The position numbers and the translations under genes are program-made. A DNA stretch of 61,406 bases, the filler included. It is 10 parts of 10 records of this genome, joined end to end, with 100 filler letters (N's around TTAATTAATTAA, not from the genome) between each part and the next. Parts side by side here need not be neighbours in the genome. Positions count along the whole stretch, not along the records: positions 39,399 to 45,692 come from SRR15195285_5104; positions 45,793 to 51,011 come from SRR15195285_5105; positions 51,112 to 57,042 come from SRR15195285_5108; 7 more parts are not named here. One strand, 5' to 3'. Position 1 is the first letter of the stretch, and each line of letters opens with the position of its first letter. Below, in pieces: positions 42,871 to 53,349 of this stretch. The notes under the pieces were generated by a model. That model saw only the letters and a list, made by a program, of their open reading frames with translations. It was not told the origin of the DNA and searched no databases.

Positions 42871-45180
42871 TCAGTCCTCGGCCCGGCCAAGTCTGTCAGA
42901 GATATCGGTCTTAGTGATAGATAATGCACTAGTCTCTTCTATGCCCGTTAGCTTCTGCCGTCGCGAAGTAGTCAGATCGCGACCGTCAGTAGATGTCTGG
43001 CTGTCAGTGCCGCGTTTGCGACTGATGGTATGACTAGCTTCCAAGCTGATGGCGTTATCGCTGAGGGTCAGCATACGGATGTACTGTTCTCGCAGTGCAG
43101 AGTATTCATTCTTCATCCTCTGCAGAGCAGCCTGCGGTTCCTCATCCTGGTGTTCAGTTGTTAGGTCAGTGCCGCAAAGCTTCGGGCTCGGGCACCAATT
43201 CAAGGGAATCGCAAGTGTCTTCGACCGCAGCGAACTCCAGTCAAATTTATCGAAGTAACTATGGTTGCGAATCTCCTCTGCTCCTTTTGCTCCCATGCCA
43301 AGCCGCTGCGTAGGGTCGGGGTGAAGCAGTTCTTCTACAAGTGATTTTGTAGTGCGGCTTACGCGGACCTTCTTACTGCCGTTTTTCCACTTGAGCTTTC
43401 TGCTCTTGGTGTACTCCAAAATGGCGGCAAGGATTTCGTCGTCGTCTGTCGAACCCGTGTCAGAAAAAGGTTCCTCTGTGCGAACCAGATTCACATCAAG
43501 ATTCAAGATTCAAATTTTAAGGCTGGTAGCACTACAGTGCGTGGGCACAATCTATCACCTTTGAAATGAATCACGCAAGTGACTCACGGCAGATCATATC
43601 GTACAAGAGGCAGCCCATGGCCCAGTAGTCTACAGCACGGTTGTGAGCCTGGTTCTGAATCATCTCCGGCGCCATATAGTCCGGTGTGCCTGTCATGGTT
43701 TTGGTCTTCTCGTTTGGTGAGACCAGTTTAAAGCTGCCCCCAAAGTCACCTACGATAAGGACCAACGAAGCCAGCGGGTTTCAGAGATCAGCAGCCTTGT
43801 TGGTATCATTGGCAACTGCGTTTGCGCGAGGAAAGTATCGACGGAGCAACTGACAGAGCTTGATGTATCCGTCTATGTCAACCAAGATATTCTCAGGCTT
43901 TAAATCCCTGGTTATCGCAGTAACAGCAGTACCGCACAAGCACTAAGTGTTGTTGTTGCACGCTGGGGGCTCGGCTCGGAGGGTTGATAGAACGCACCTG
44001 TAGATGAACTGACTCCGGTGCAGCTCGTCAAGAACTTCCACGACCTGTGCCATAATGAATCTACGCAGCCGGTCGTAGCAGTGAACGGTGTGTGCAATGT
44101 AGATGTCGGGCGAGCGGGATGAGCGTACTGGATATGTCCGGCCGGGAGAGTGGCATTCTTCACCTCTGCCTCGTGCATGACGCAAAACAGATCGCACTGG
44201 CTGCATTCAAGAAGCTAAAAGGGGGTGCACGGTGTGTCAGCAAGTCACGAAATAACCAAGGAGAGGAGTGCACAATGCGATTTGCAGCTCACAAGGTGGA
44301 CGTTCTCCGCATCTTCAGTGTGGCCAATAAGATTTGCTGCAAATGGGCAGTCGGCAAGCTCGTGCAGCGCGAGCACTTCGGTGTTCACAGCCTCCAAAGT
44401 CACCTAACAGAACACGTAAAAGAAAGAAAAGCTTCAGCAATTTCTTTGCGCGAATGAAGAGAGTAGAAGAAAGAGAAGGCGAAGAAAATTTCGACGGACG
44501 CCAGTGAACTCTACGTTGCCGTCGTGGTCGAGCGTCTCTGTTTTGCTCATCGACTTCAATGCAAAGATTCGGCCTGTGTTCTATCGCCAGCGGCAGGTCG
44601 CGACGACCTTTGAAGTTAGGCATAAGCGAGCAAGACGCGCAGGGGCCGGATTCTCTGAGGGCAAGATACTTACGGGGCACGCTACTTCGTTGACGACAGA
44701 GGTGTCGCCCCGACCCAGACAGCGCAGCACTACAAGTGCATCTCGCGGTACAGACTGACCAGCGATGATAAACGCGTCCCCGTCGGCTTGAGCAGGCACG
44801 CTGATGCTGTCTGATATCGTGTCACTGTCCCGCTCACACTCGATCTCCATCGGCTGCGGCGAGGAGTCGGACGGCTGTATCGGCCCGAGTTGGTTTAGAT
44901 CGCGAGCAGGGTCTTCAGTGTTGGATGACATCGTCCTGCTCGCCGTCGTGCTCGCTGCATCGTCGTGCTCGCCAGGCGACTCGCCGCTCTCGTCCGCGCT
45001 TAGCGTCGTGTTCGCGCTGTCGCCTTTTTTGATGGTCTTGTTCTGCTCGTGCAGCGCATTGGTCTCGTCCGCGCCTGGTCCTTCCGGAGCAGGCTGCGCT
45101 CCGGCGCAGGAGCTTGCGCCAGATGGGACGAGGCCGGCGGCGGCGGCCGAGGGCTGCGCGCTCGAGAGTAGGTTGCCCAT
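42871..45180 (-). CDS. AGC-group (PKA/PKG-like) Ser/Thr kinase, multi-exon, putative N-myristoylation
   Basis: Start MGNLLS. Spliced motifs in order: LGRGDTSVV, IFALK, FIYRDLKPENIL, IKLCDFG, GTPDYMAPE, AVDYWAMG, LLHPDPTQRLGMG..IRNHSYF..FDW. Has about 7 short GT-AG introns; not all junctions were resolved. Confidence 0.85.
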
Positions 45181-45692
45181 CGGTGCCAGGGGCAAACGAA
45201 GACTGCGCTTCCCTCGCTCGATGGCAAGGGTGAAGACTGTCCTACGCGGATATCTGCAGATCAGATGTAGATCGGTATCTCTATGGTCGGCGTCGCAGAT
45301 GCGAGGTGCCTGCAGCTGGCCAGCTCCGCGCGACGGCTCTCGCCAGCTTGCGTCCGCGCCCACTGTCAGAGCACAGATCCAACGAAATACGGCGGGAAAC
45401 TGGGAATACCTCTTTCGTGTACACCTCATATATTACCGTAATACCGTACATGTAATCGAATACCTGCCGAGGTACGTGTGAATTTGCGGTCGGCCGCACG
45501 GCCGCATGAATCTCGCATCTTCGCATTTCAACTTTAAAATGTACAATGAAGCGCCGGAGTGTATTCAAAACATTAAAGCATGAAACGCATGTTCTAATGT
45601 GGAGGACCAAGGGGCTCAGCGCTTGACGTGCAAGTGTCGGAGGCGCGTGCGGAGTGTACGTTCTTAGCCAATGACGCTGCTTGCCTTCCCCT

Positions 45693-45792
45693 NNNNNNNN
45701 NNNNNNNNNNNNNNNNNNNNNNNNNNNNNNNNNNNNTTAATTAATTAANNNNNNNNNNNNNNNNNNNNNNNNNNNNNNNNNNNNNNNNNNNN
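45693..45792. other. Artificial contig spacer
   Basis: N-run/TTAATTAATTAA/N-run. Confidence 0.99.
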
Positions 45793-46118
45793 CGAGCTCT
45801 ACATACAAAAGTGATGCGCCTACGGCGAACGGGGTGTTAATAGTAGCTACTGTAGTTATGCATTATGACTCCGTCCCCTTCAGCTTCACTGTGGATTCTG
45901 ACCCAGCCCGTGTTCGAAAAAAGCAGCCGTTTAGGAATTCTAGGTTATCAAAACAACACGGGGGTGCACCAGGGAGGCGGAGCCCTGTTGATAACTCGGA
46001 GTCACATCTGCAATTACTCGAATCAACTGACCTTAATGGAATGAACATTATTACGAGGTATCATTACAGGAATTACCGGTCAGAGCGCAGCAGGTGTCTG
46101 GTGTGGCAGGGTTGCGAG

Positions 46119-47267
46119 ATGGCGCAGTACGAGGAGCTGCCGGAGGCCGCGCCCGAGCCGGAGCCGGAACCGGACGCCAGGGTCGGGCGGCGGCACCGGC
46201 CGGATGAGTGGTTCTATATCGATACGCAGGGCGCGGAGCAAGGGCCGTTCCCGCTGTCGTCGATCCGCTCGTGGTTCGAGGCAGGATATTTTCCGAAGGA
46301 GGCCCGCATTCTCGCTAAGCAGGGCCTGCACAGCGAGTGGGAGCCGATGCACGGGATCGAGGCGATCACATCGCCAGAGCTGCCGCCAGAGTACTCGCCG
46401 GAACTCTCGCCCGTGGAAGCGGAGCAACGGCAGCAGCAGCAGGAGGAGCAGCGGGAGACGGACAACGAGCCAGAAGTCGACGGTGGGGCTGCGTTGCAGA
46501 AAGGCCGCAAAGTTGCCAATGGCCGGCGCGCTGCCTCTGCGGGCTCGGATGCATCAGCCGTGCCGGCGACCAAGGACGTGCACAAGCTGTTTGACCGCGC
46601 GACGCCGGCGGGAGCTGCGCTGTATGCCCTGTATAACGCAGAGGAGAACGAGTCGCGCACGGCCGGCAACGCCTTCTCGCGACGCAATGCCGCGATCATT
46701 GCAAAGCAACGGCAGCGTCGTGCAGCGGCACCGGCAGACCCCGAGCCGGAGAAAGAAATCGTGCCGGGCAGCTATGAGGCGCGGCGGGTGCACGTGCCGA
46801 AGGTTGGGCGACGAAAGCCACAGCGCGGGTACAGCTACGGGCCTGGTCGCCCGTCGAAAAAGCCGGCGGACCAGATTATCTCGGAGCTGGTGAAGGAGCG
46901 CGAGCAGATTATCAGTTCAAATCAGCTGGAGGCGCAGCGTGTTGCGAGCAAGACTGTAGATCGGGAAGCCGAGAAGCGGCGGCTGGCTCGCGCGAACGAG
47001 CTGCACGGCACGGACGTGAAGACATTAGAGAAGGAGGTCAGGATGGATCGCCGGCGCGAAAAGGCGAAGTCGCTGGCGCAAGTGATCGAAGATGAGTTTA
47101 ACCAGGTTATGAGTGAGATTGAGGAACGCCACGCCTTCCTAGCACAGATGAGGGAGCTCGGTAAGGCAGCGAACTACGAGGCCACGATCAAGCAGGAAAT
47201 CTCAGAGCGCGTGGCGCGACTCAAGGTCATTGACCGACAGCGCTCACAAGCGGCAGCTGCAGAGTGA
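46119..47267 (+). CDS. GYF-domain plus UPF0193 (EVG1/C22orf23-like) protein
   Basis: GYF motif WFYIDTQGAEQGPFPLSSIRSWFEAGYF. The C-terminal EFNQVMSEIEERHAFLAQMRELGKAANYEATIKQEISERVARL resembles UPF0193. ATG at 46119. Confidence 0.8.
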   Translation: MAQYEELPEAAPEPEPEPDARVGRRHRPDEWFYIDTQGAEQGPFPLSSIRSWFEAGYFPKEARILAKQGLHSEWEPMHGIEAITSPELPPEYSPELSPVEAEQRQQQQEEQRETDNEPEVDGGAALQKGRKVANGRRAASAGSDASAVPATKDVHKLFDRATPAGAALYALYNAEENESRTAGNAFSRRNAAIIAKQRQRRAAAPADPEPEKEIVPGSYEARRVHVPKVGRRKPQRGYSYGPGRPSKKPADQIISELVKEREQIISSNQLEAQRVASKTVDREAEKRRLARANELHGTDVKTLEKEVRMDRRREKAKSLAQVIEDEFNQVMSEIEERHAFLAQMRELGKAANYEATIKQEISERVARLKVIDRQRSQAAAAE

Positions 47268-47330
47268 ATTGTGTTACATCTGTTTGGCGCATAGGTGTTT
47301 ATGCATCTCATGCACCCAGCTGTCACGCCA

Positions 47331-50300
47331 TTACTGCTCTTCATCTGAGAAGTTCAATGGACTCACCGCCCCAGGCTCTCCGGGGGAACGCTCCATCCGT
47401 GGATGCTGCTGCTGCGTTCGGGGCGGAGAGTGTACGTTGCCAGCATCGCCTTGGACATCGCCAAGTGTACGTCTGCCACGAAGGTTTACTGGACTACCTG
47501 TTCCGTGTTCGTCAGCTTCCTTGCATTGTGCATCTACCAGTGCATCCCAGACTGTCGCCCCTATCGCCACCAGGAAGGGACCCAACAACATCCCTTGTAG
47601 CCCAAATTTCGTGACCCCTGTCGATATCACCGGTGGGATAAGTGCATTTGTCAGTTCTGAAGAATACAGCGAGTGCATCAGATGCGAGCAACGCACCAAG
47701 TATGAGGGCAAAGTCGAGAATCCAAGGGTTGGCGGCGATTTGCCCGAGCTTGTGCTCTCGCTGAATCCGGGAATACCGGATGGCCGTGCACCCATAGAAC
47801 AGGACAAACTCCAGTGCTAGCGACTCAACTAGCAGTTGCAAGAACATGGATTTGTTTTTACTTGAGTTGTACGATTGCGTGGCGAGCTCACCAACCACAG
47901 CCACCTGCATCGTTGTGACCACAATTTCCAAGCATCAGCTAAAGCGGCCATATTTAATGTGGCCGCCTGTCTACAATCATGCTAACGGAATCGCACCGAC
48001 GGGTGAAGCAAGATAGTGCCGTCCGCTACAGGGGCATAATCAGCGAGCCAAATGCGTCCAATCGCCCACGGTAAGGCGACGATACCGCAGACGTAACCTC
48101 CAAGGATCTGGGTGAGCGACAGCAGTAGTGTCACAAAGGACAGCAGGTACTTCCCTTCCGTTCGCGTCACTGCAACAAATTCCAGCATGTCCAGCATCTA
48201 CAGTATGCACAGTGGGTCATCGTCTTAGTGGCTTGGATCGGCAACTATACTCGTGGACATATAAGCCACACATTAAAAACACTGCTAAGCTCACCAAAAG
48301 AATGAAGCCCGCATTGACAAAAGAAAGGTTGAAAGGTAGGAAAAACACGCCCGAGAAGCTGTCCCGTAGCCTTCGCGTGAACTTGTCCTTCGTAACCTCC
48401 GTATCAGATGGCACAACGTAGCCGACGACTACACGTAACACGTCAGTGCGCATCGAGGTCATCTTGAACAAGAAGTAGACGAACATCGCACCCCATATTC
48501 CCCACTCACTAATCACAACAATTAGCCACATTGACCATCCCAGGCCAACCACACCCAGTGCCAGCATGGAACGTGCTATTTCAGCTGGCGTGTCAATCAC
48601 TGATTCGACCACAGCATATACAGATGATGCGAATGATCTCCAATCCCCAATGATTCCACCAGCAGACGAGCCAAATTGTCCCCACGTCATGACCGAATGA
48701 TTGTCGCCCGGGCGCGTTGCGTTAGAATTCAGCTTCAGTATGCTCGTTATGCTGAACTCCACCATCTGAGAGGCAAAATGAAGGACGCGGGCAAAATGTG
48801 GACCAGCTTCAATCGGCTACTGGCACTACTTACGCGGCTAGCACCAGCATCGGGCAATGCGTTAAAGACCTCATGGCACGCGCAAACTCACCGGCCACCA
48901 CTCTGTGGTGTTATAGATTGTGCGTAGGTCATCCATAGCATCCCCCACCAGCTTGATACCGTCATCGCCCTGCTTGAGTGATGAACGTACCCCTGCTACT
49001 ACAGGCCACCATTCCTCATCCGCGTAGGACCTGTGCGCACTTTCGTAACCGCTCTCCGCATACGTAGTGAGGTTTGCTAGAAAATACTCGACTGTCAAGA
49101 ACAAAGCACTCAGTCAGCATTAGATATCAGATTGCTGACACAGACACATTGCATAGAAACGAGTTTGCGTACTGGTATTGTCGTCTGTGTAGGCATTCGC
49201 GACGATGTAGTTGTAGAGGGAACGAGTTCCATCTGCAAGGTCATGAAGTGCAGAGGCTACCAAGAATGTTACGCAGAAGACTACGCAGATGATTGAGCCA
49301 AGGATCACGGCAACGGACAAGAATTCTCTTGTTGCTATTGCCCCAACAATTGGTCCAATAATCGTCCTCGACGTTTGAAAAGACAACAACGCCAGCAATA
49401 CGAGGATGCCAAGGACCACTGCGCCAGTAGTATAGACAAAGGTAGAGACCTGCGATATGAGATGCAAATTCATGATTAGCAACGTTTGAGAGCCATCTCC
49501 AAAGTACATCTTGGCGCACGCACCGGATATAGGTGTAGCACAAGGAAGATTGAAAGCGACACCAAGGCGTTGTCTAAAGCTGCGCCTGATATATGAGACA
49601 CAAGATTCACAGGCAAGCTGAAGACCCGCCACACCCGCCACATATGGTGCACAATCTGAGAGGCATTTGAACGCGTCGTGCGCGGACTGTGAACACCTTT
49701 CCACTCTGATACTTGCTGCCACATGCATGCCTTCAGCACGCGCCATGTCGAGGCCTGCGGCACCACGTCTTTGCCGACCTCTCTACTTTGACTGCCCGGT
49801 TGGCGTTGTGCCGAACTGCGGCGCCATGCGGTACCCCGTAGAAGACTAGCATGTTCTTTCTCTTTTTTCAACGCGCTGGACCACCGCTGGAAGAAGCAAG
49901 GGCAATACCAGTGTCAGTGTCAGTTTCAGTTTCAATGCCATAGCACGACTCTCACAGGGCAAGGAGCGCAGGCGGCAGAATTGAGTACCACACCTTTGCT
50001 GCGTGCACTGCACCAGTAGCATGAAGCAACCAGTACACCACGCCGCCGTTGTCGTTCTGTTTCAAATGTCTATGTAATTCCCGCAACGAGTATAAGTATT
50101 TCTCGCGGCCGATGCGCATAGCTTCGGACAGTACAAATGCCCACAGTATCAAGCCGATGTAGTCCGCCCATAGTACACAGTTTAGGTGAATAAGGCCCAA
50201 TAAACATAGCGATACAGCCACTGCTTGGACTTGACCGCGGACTGCGGCATGTTTTCCACCGCCAAACAGCAGCACGCTTGCATCGGCATCGTCGCTATAT

Positions 50301-50536
50301 GGTGTACCAACCTGTCCCCGCATCTGGCCTCCACGCATGGACAATGGTGTCGACACATGCCCGTTTCGGCCGCTTACTTTTTTGCCACGATCGGGTTCGA
50401 ATGGGGACAAGGTAGGCACGGTTTGGTTTGCAGACTGACTGAAGGCAAACTCCACCTTTTGCTGTTGGGGTTCAGGCTCTGGCTGCACCGGCAACCTCTT
50501 CTTCTGCCTGTGCCCCTTCTTGCTCCGTTTACCCAT
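47331..50536 (-). CDS. TMEM245: TMEM245 / AI-2E transporter-family membrane protein, multi-exon
   Basis: N-terminal WADYIGLILWAFVLSEAMR and many TM exons. After removing intron 47696-47618 the C-terminus reads NPWILDFALILGVTKFGLQGMLLGPFLV, the AI-2E/TMEM245 signature. Confidence 0.72.
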
Positions 50537-51011
50537 TCCTCAACGAAACCCACGATTTCCAGCAGGCAGGTCTGCGGGAGTTCTAACCTAGCGAGCCGTC
50601 AAGCCGCTGGTACAACTGCGCGCGCATGCTGACGCTCGGCCGTCTGAATATTTCGCAGTACTGGCAAACAGGCGGACTGACGGATGGTGCCTCGCTCGGC
50701 CGCGTGGGCGCCTCGGCTCGATTCGAATGCAGACGGTGTACAATACAGTCACCGCAAGCGTTGTGAGTTCTTCGCACGCGGCTGCATGTCGCTTACACGT
50801 AGGCACTAGCTATGGCTCAGAGCAGCGCTGATAGGCGCGGTACTCGCTGATTGTGGTACTGACGTGAGATCAACGAATGCTCCGTCGCTAGCCATGCGTG
50901 TGGCAGCAGCGAGCGAGCACGCAGGGGATGCACTGATCGATGAGCCCTGCACCTACCGGCGCGGCGACGCCGCCCGCGGCGGGGCCACCACAAGGCGATT
51001 CCCGGGTCGGG

Positions 51012-51111
51012 NNNNNNNNNNNNNNNNNNNNNNNNNNNNNNNNNNNNNNNNNNNNTTAATTAATTAANNNNNNNNNNNNNNNNNNNNNNNNNNNNNNNNN
51101 NNNNNNNNNNN
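51012..51111. other. Artificial contig spacer
   Basis: N-run/TTAATTAATTAA/N-run. Confidence 0.99.
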
Positions 51112-51431
51112 GGGGGGGGGGGGGGGGGGGGGGGGGTAGGGAGAGGATTGCGCAGGCGAGTGACGTGTGATAATACACGCAACACAGACGCGCGAGACAG
51201 AGGGTGAGAGCTCGAGCGACGGAGGGAGGGGATTGCATTGGCTTGGCACGCAGCGGAGGAACGGGCGGAGGGGAGGGGAGGGGAGGGTGTGCGGGACGGG
51301 GAGCGTTGTGCAACGCGCGGGCTGTGCCGGTGCGCAGAGACGGAGGGGAGGGGCGGGATCGCTCTGTGAGTGTGCAGGAGGCGGCGAAACCCGGTGCAGA
51401 CGGACCCTCAGGCGGGCGCGGGGCAGGGGAG

Positions 51432-53131
51432 ATGCCCGCGTCGGAGAGGCCCGGGCTGCAGGAGGACATGCCGTACATGGACTGGTGGTTCAGCCCACAG
51501 ACCATCTGGTGCACCGCCGGGCCGAGCGACCTCTCCACGCTCTCCACGGTTTTCCGGGGGATGATCTGCGTGTTTGCCCTGGCGATGCTGGTCTGGCCGC
51601 TCCTCCTGCACAGGCGGCGAGGCGAGGGCTTCATGCTGAGCAGCGAGCAGGTCGCGGAGCTGGGCTTAGAGTCGCCGCCGAAGCCGAAGAGGACACGGCT
51701 CTACCACCTGGACTACTTCCGCACGATGTCCGTGATTGCGGTCATTGTGGACCACACGGGCGGGCACCGGATCTCTGACCGGAACACGTTCTGCAGCCTG
51801 CAGTGGACGCAGCAGTTTTTGATGCTGATCAGCGGCATGGCGTTCATGATGAGCCGCTCCAAGATGGGGCCTTACGTGGCGCGGCTGCTCTTGATCACCG
51901 TTATCGGCATGATCGCCAATTGGCTTGGCTTTTTGATTGCGGGCGGCATGCGGCGCCGGCCCGGACAGAAATGCGTGCAATGCAACCTCATGGATGACCC
52001 TGACCTCAATCAGGCAGATACTTTTCAAGAAAGGAACGCGTTCAGTGTGTTTTATGACCCGGACAAAGACCCGAGCTGCGCGCCAGATTGTGCGCCAGAC
52101 TACAGTTTCACTGACATCAACTTTCAAATGGGCTACGCGTTGATGCTGGCAGCCATCGCCATCGCGTGCCGCCCGATCAAGGAGGCAGTCCAGTGGCGGA
52201 ACGACAACCCGCGCGAGCACGCGCCCAAGAGGATCCTGGTGATTGCGGGTAGTTACGGCTTCATGTTTCTGCTGCAGCTCTCCGCGTACATCTACGACCC
52301 CACGGAGGGCAAGTTTTACTCGCCTTGTGGCTACACGCTGGTGTTACTGGAGCTCGCCATTATCTCCCTCGCATGCGTCTACCCGGTCAGCGACGGCCAC
52401 GGTGCCGAGAGCCATCTGGGCTGGATCCTCATGGTCGTGATGTACGTCCCGCGCGTCGTGGGGGATGTCCGGTTCAAGCCGGGGCACTGGATTGACATGT
52501 TTGTGCTCGGCCTCGTCGTCCAAAAGTGGCCGCTGACGGGCCACAAGCAGCTGCTGAACAACTTCAAAGCGTACCCGCCGCTCGCGCTCGCGGTGTTGAT
52601 GATGGCCAAGCTTGACCAGTTCGGGCGCTGCGATCTTTTCGTTCCTTACTACTGGTTCGAACGGCTGCGCTTCAACTTCGGCGAAGGCTGGCTCGTGCTT
52701 GCCTTTTGCGTCGGAGCTTTGAACGCCCAGGACCCCTGGGGCATCTCTAGATGGCTCAACTGGTGGTCACTCTGTGCGCTTCCATTGCTTCGCGAGGTCG
52801 TTGTAGCAGCTGCCCACTGACGCTCTATGTTGTGTTTGGTGCACTCGCAGATGGCTTTTGCTTTCATCGCATGTGGTACATGATCCTCCCGATTCCCTAT
52901 GGCTTTGTTTTTACTATCTCGCACATGGGTATCTTCTACCTTCTGAACAAGAAATATCCTCCGAAAAGCAAAGAGGGAGTCAACGTGGCATTGGCTGCAA
53001 GTGCCGCCGAGGGCGGCACCGAAAAGGCCCAGCCGACCAGTAATCCGCTCCAGGGAGCAGGCGGCGACGGGATGACGCCTGAGAACGATGCACCCGATGG
53101 CGACGGCATGCTCACGCCTGGACGATTTTGA
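51432..53131 (+). CDS. Acyltransferase-3-like multi-pass membrane protein (intron 52774-52850)
   Basis: RLYHLDYFRTMSVIAVIVDH and FLMLISG match the AT3/OpgC-type N-terminal motifs. The splice gives WWSLYGFCFHRMWY. Start may be 51432 or 51468. Confidence 0.72.
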
Positions 53132-53349
53132 TGGATGAGCCTGTAATAACGTCTTCTTGAACTCCCTCGCCGACATGCCTAGCACACGGCGTGCATGTGT
53201 GATCAATGCAGAATACGTCAGCTTTGGAAGGCTACACCGCGTCTTTCTTATTGCACCCTGTGCCTGATCAGTCGGTATGAGTCTCTCAATCATTGTTTCA
53301 TTCTTTATTGTTGAATTATTGCAAGCGCGTGCTTGGTGCCCTCGTTACT

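Noticed and set aside
44581-44608. Apparent in-frame TAG in the kinase (pseudogene or recoded stop)
   Set aside because: The TAG is the acceptor of intron 44673-44581 (GTAAGT donor); splicing gives VACP|NTGRIFALK without a stop.
51112-51136. Poly-G run as a G-quadruplex element
   Set aside because: It is at the contig edge and is probably a sequencing or assembly artefact.
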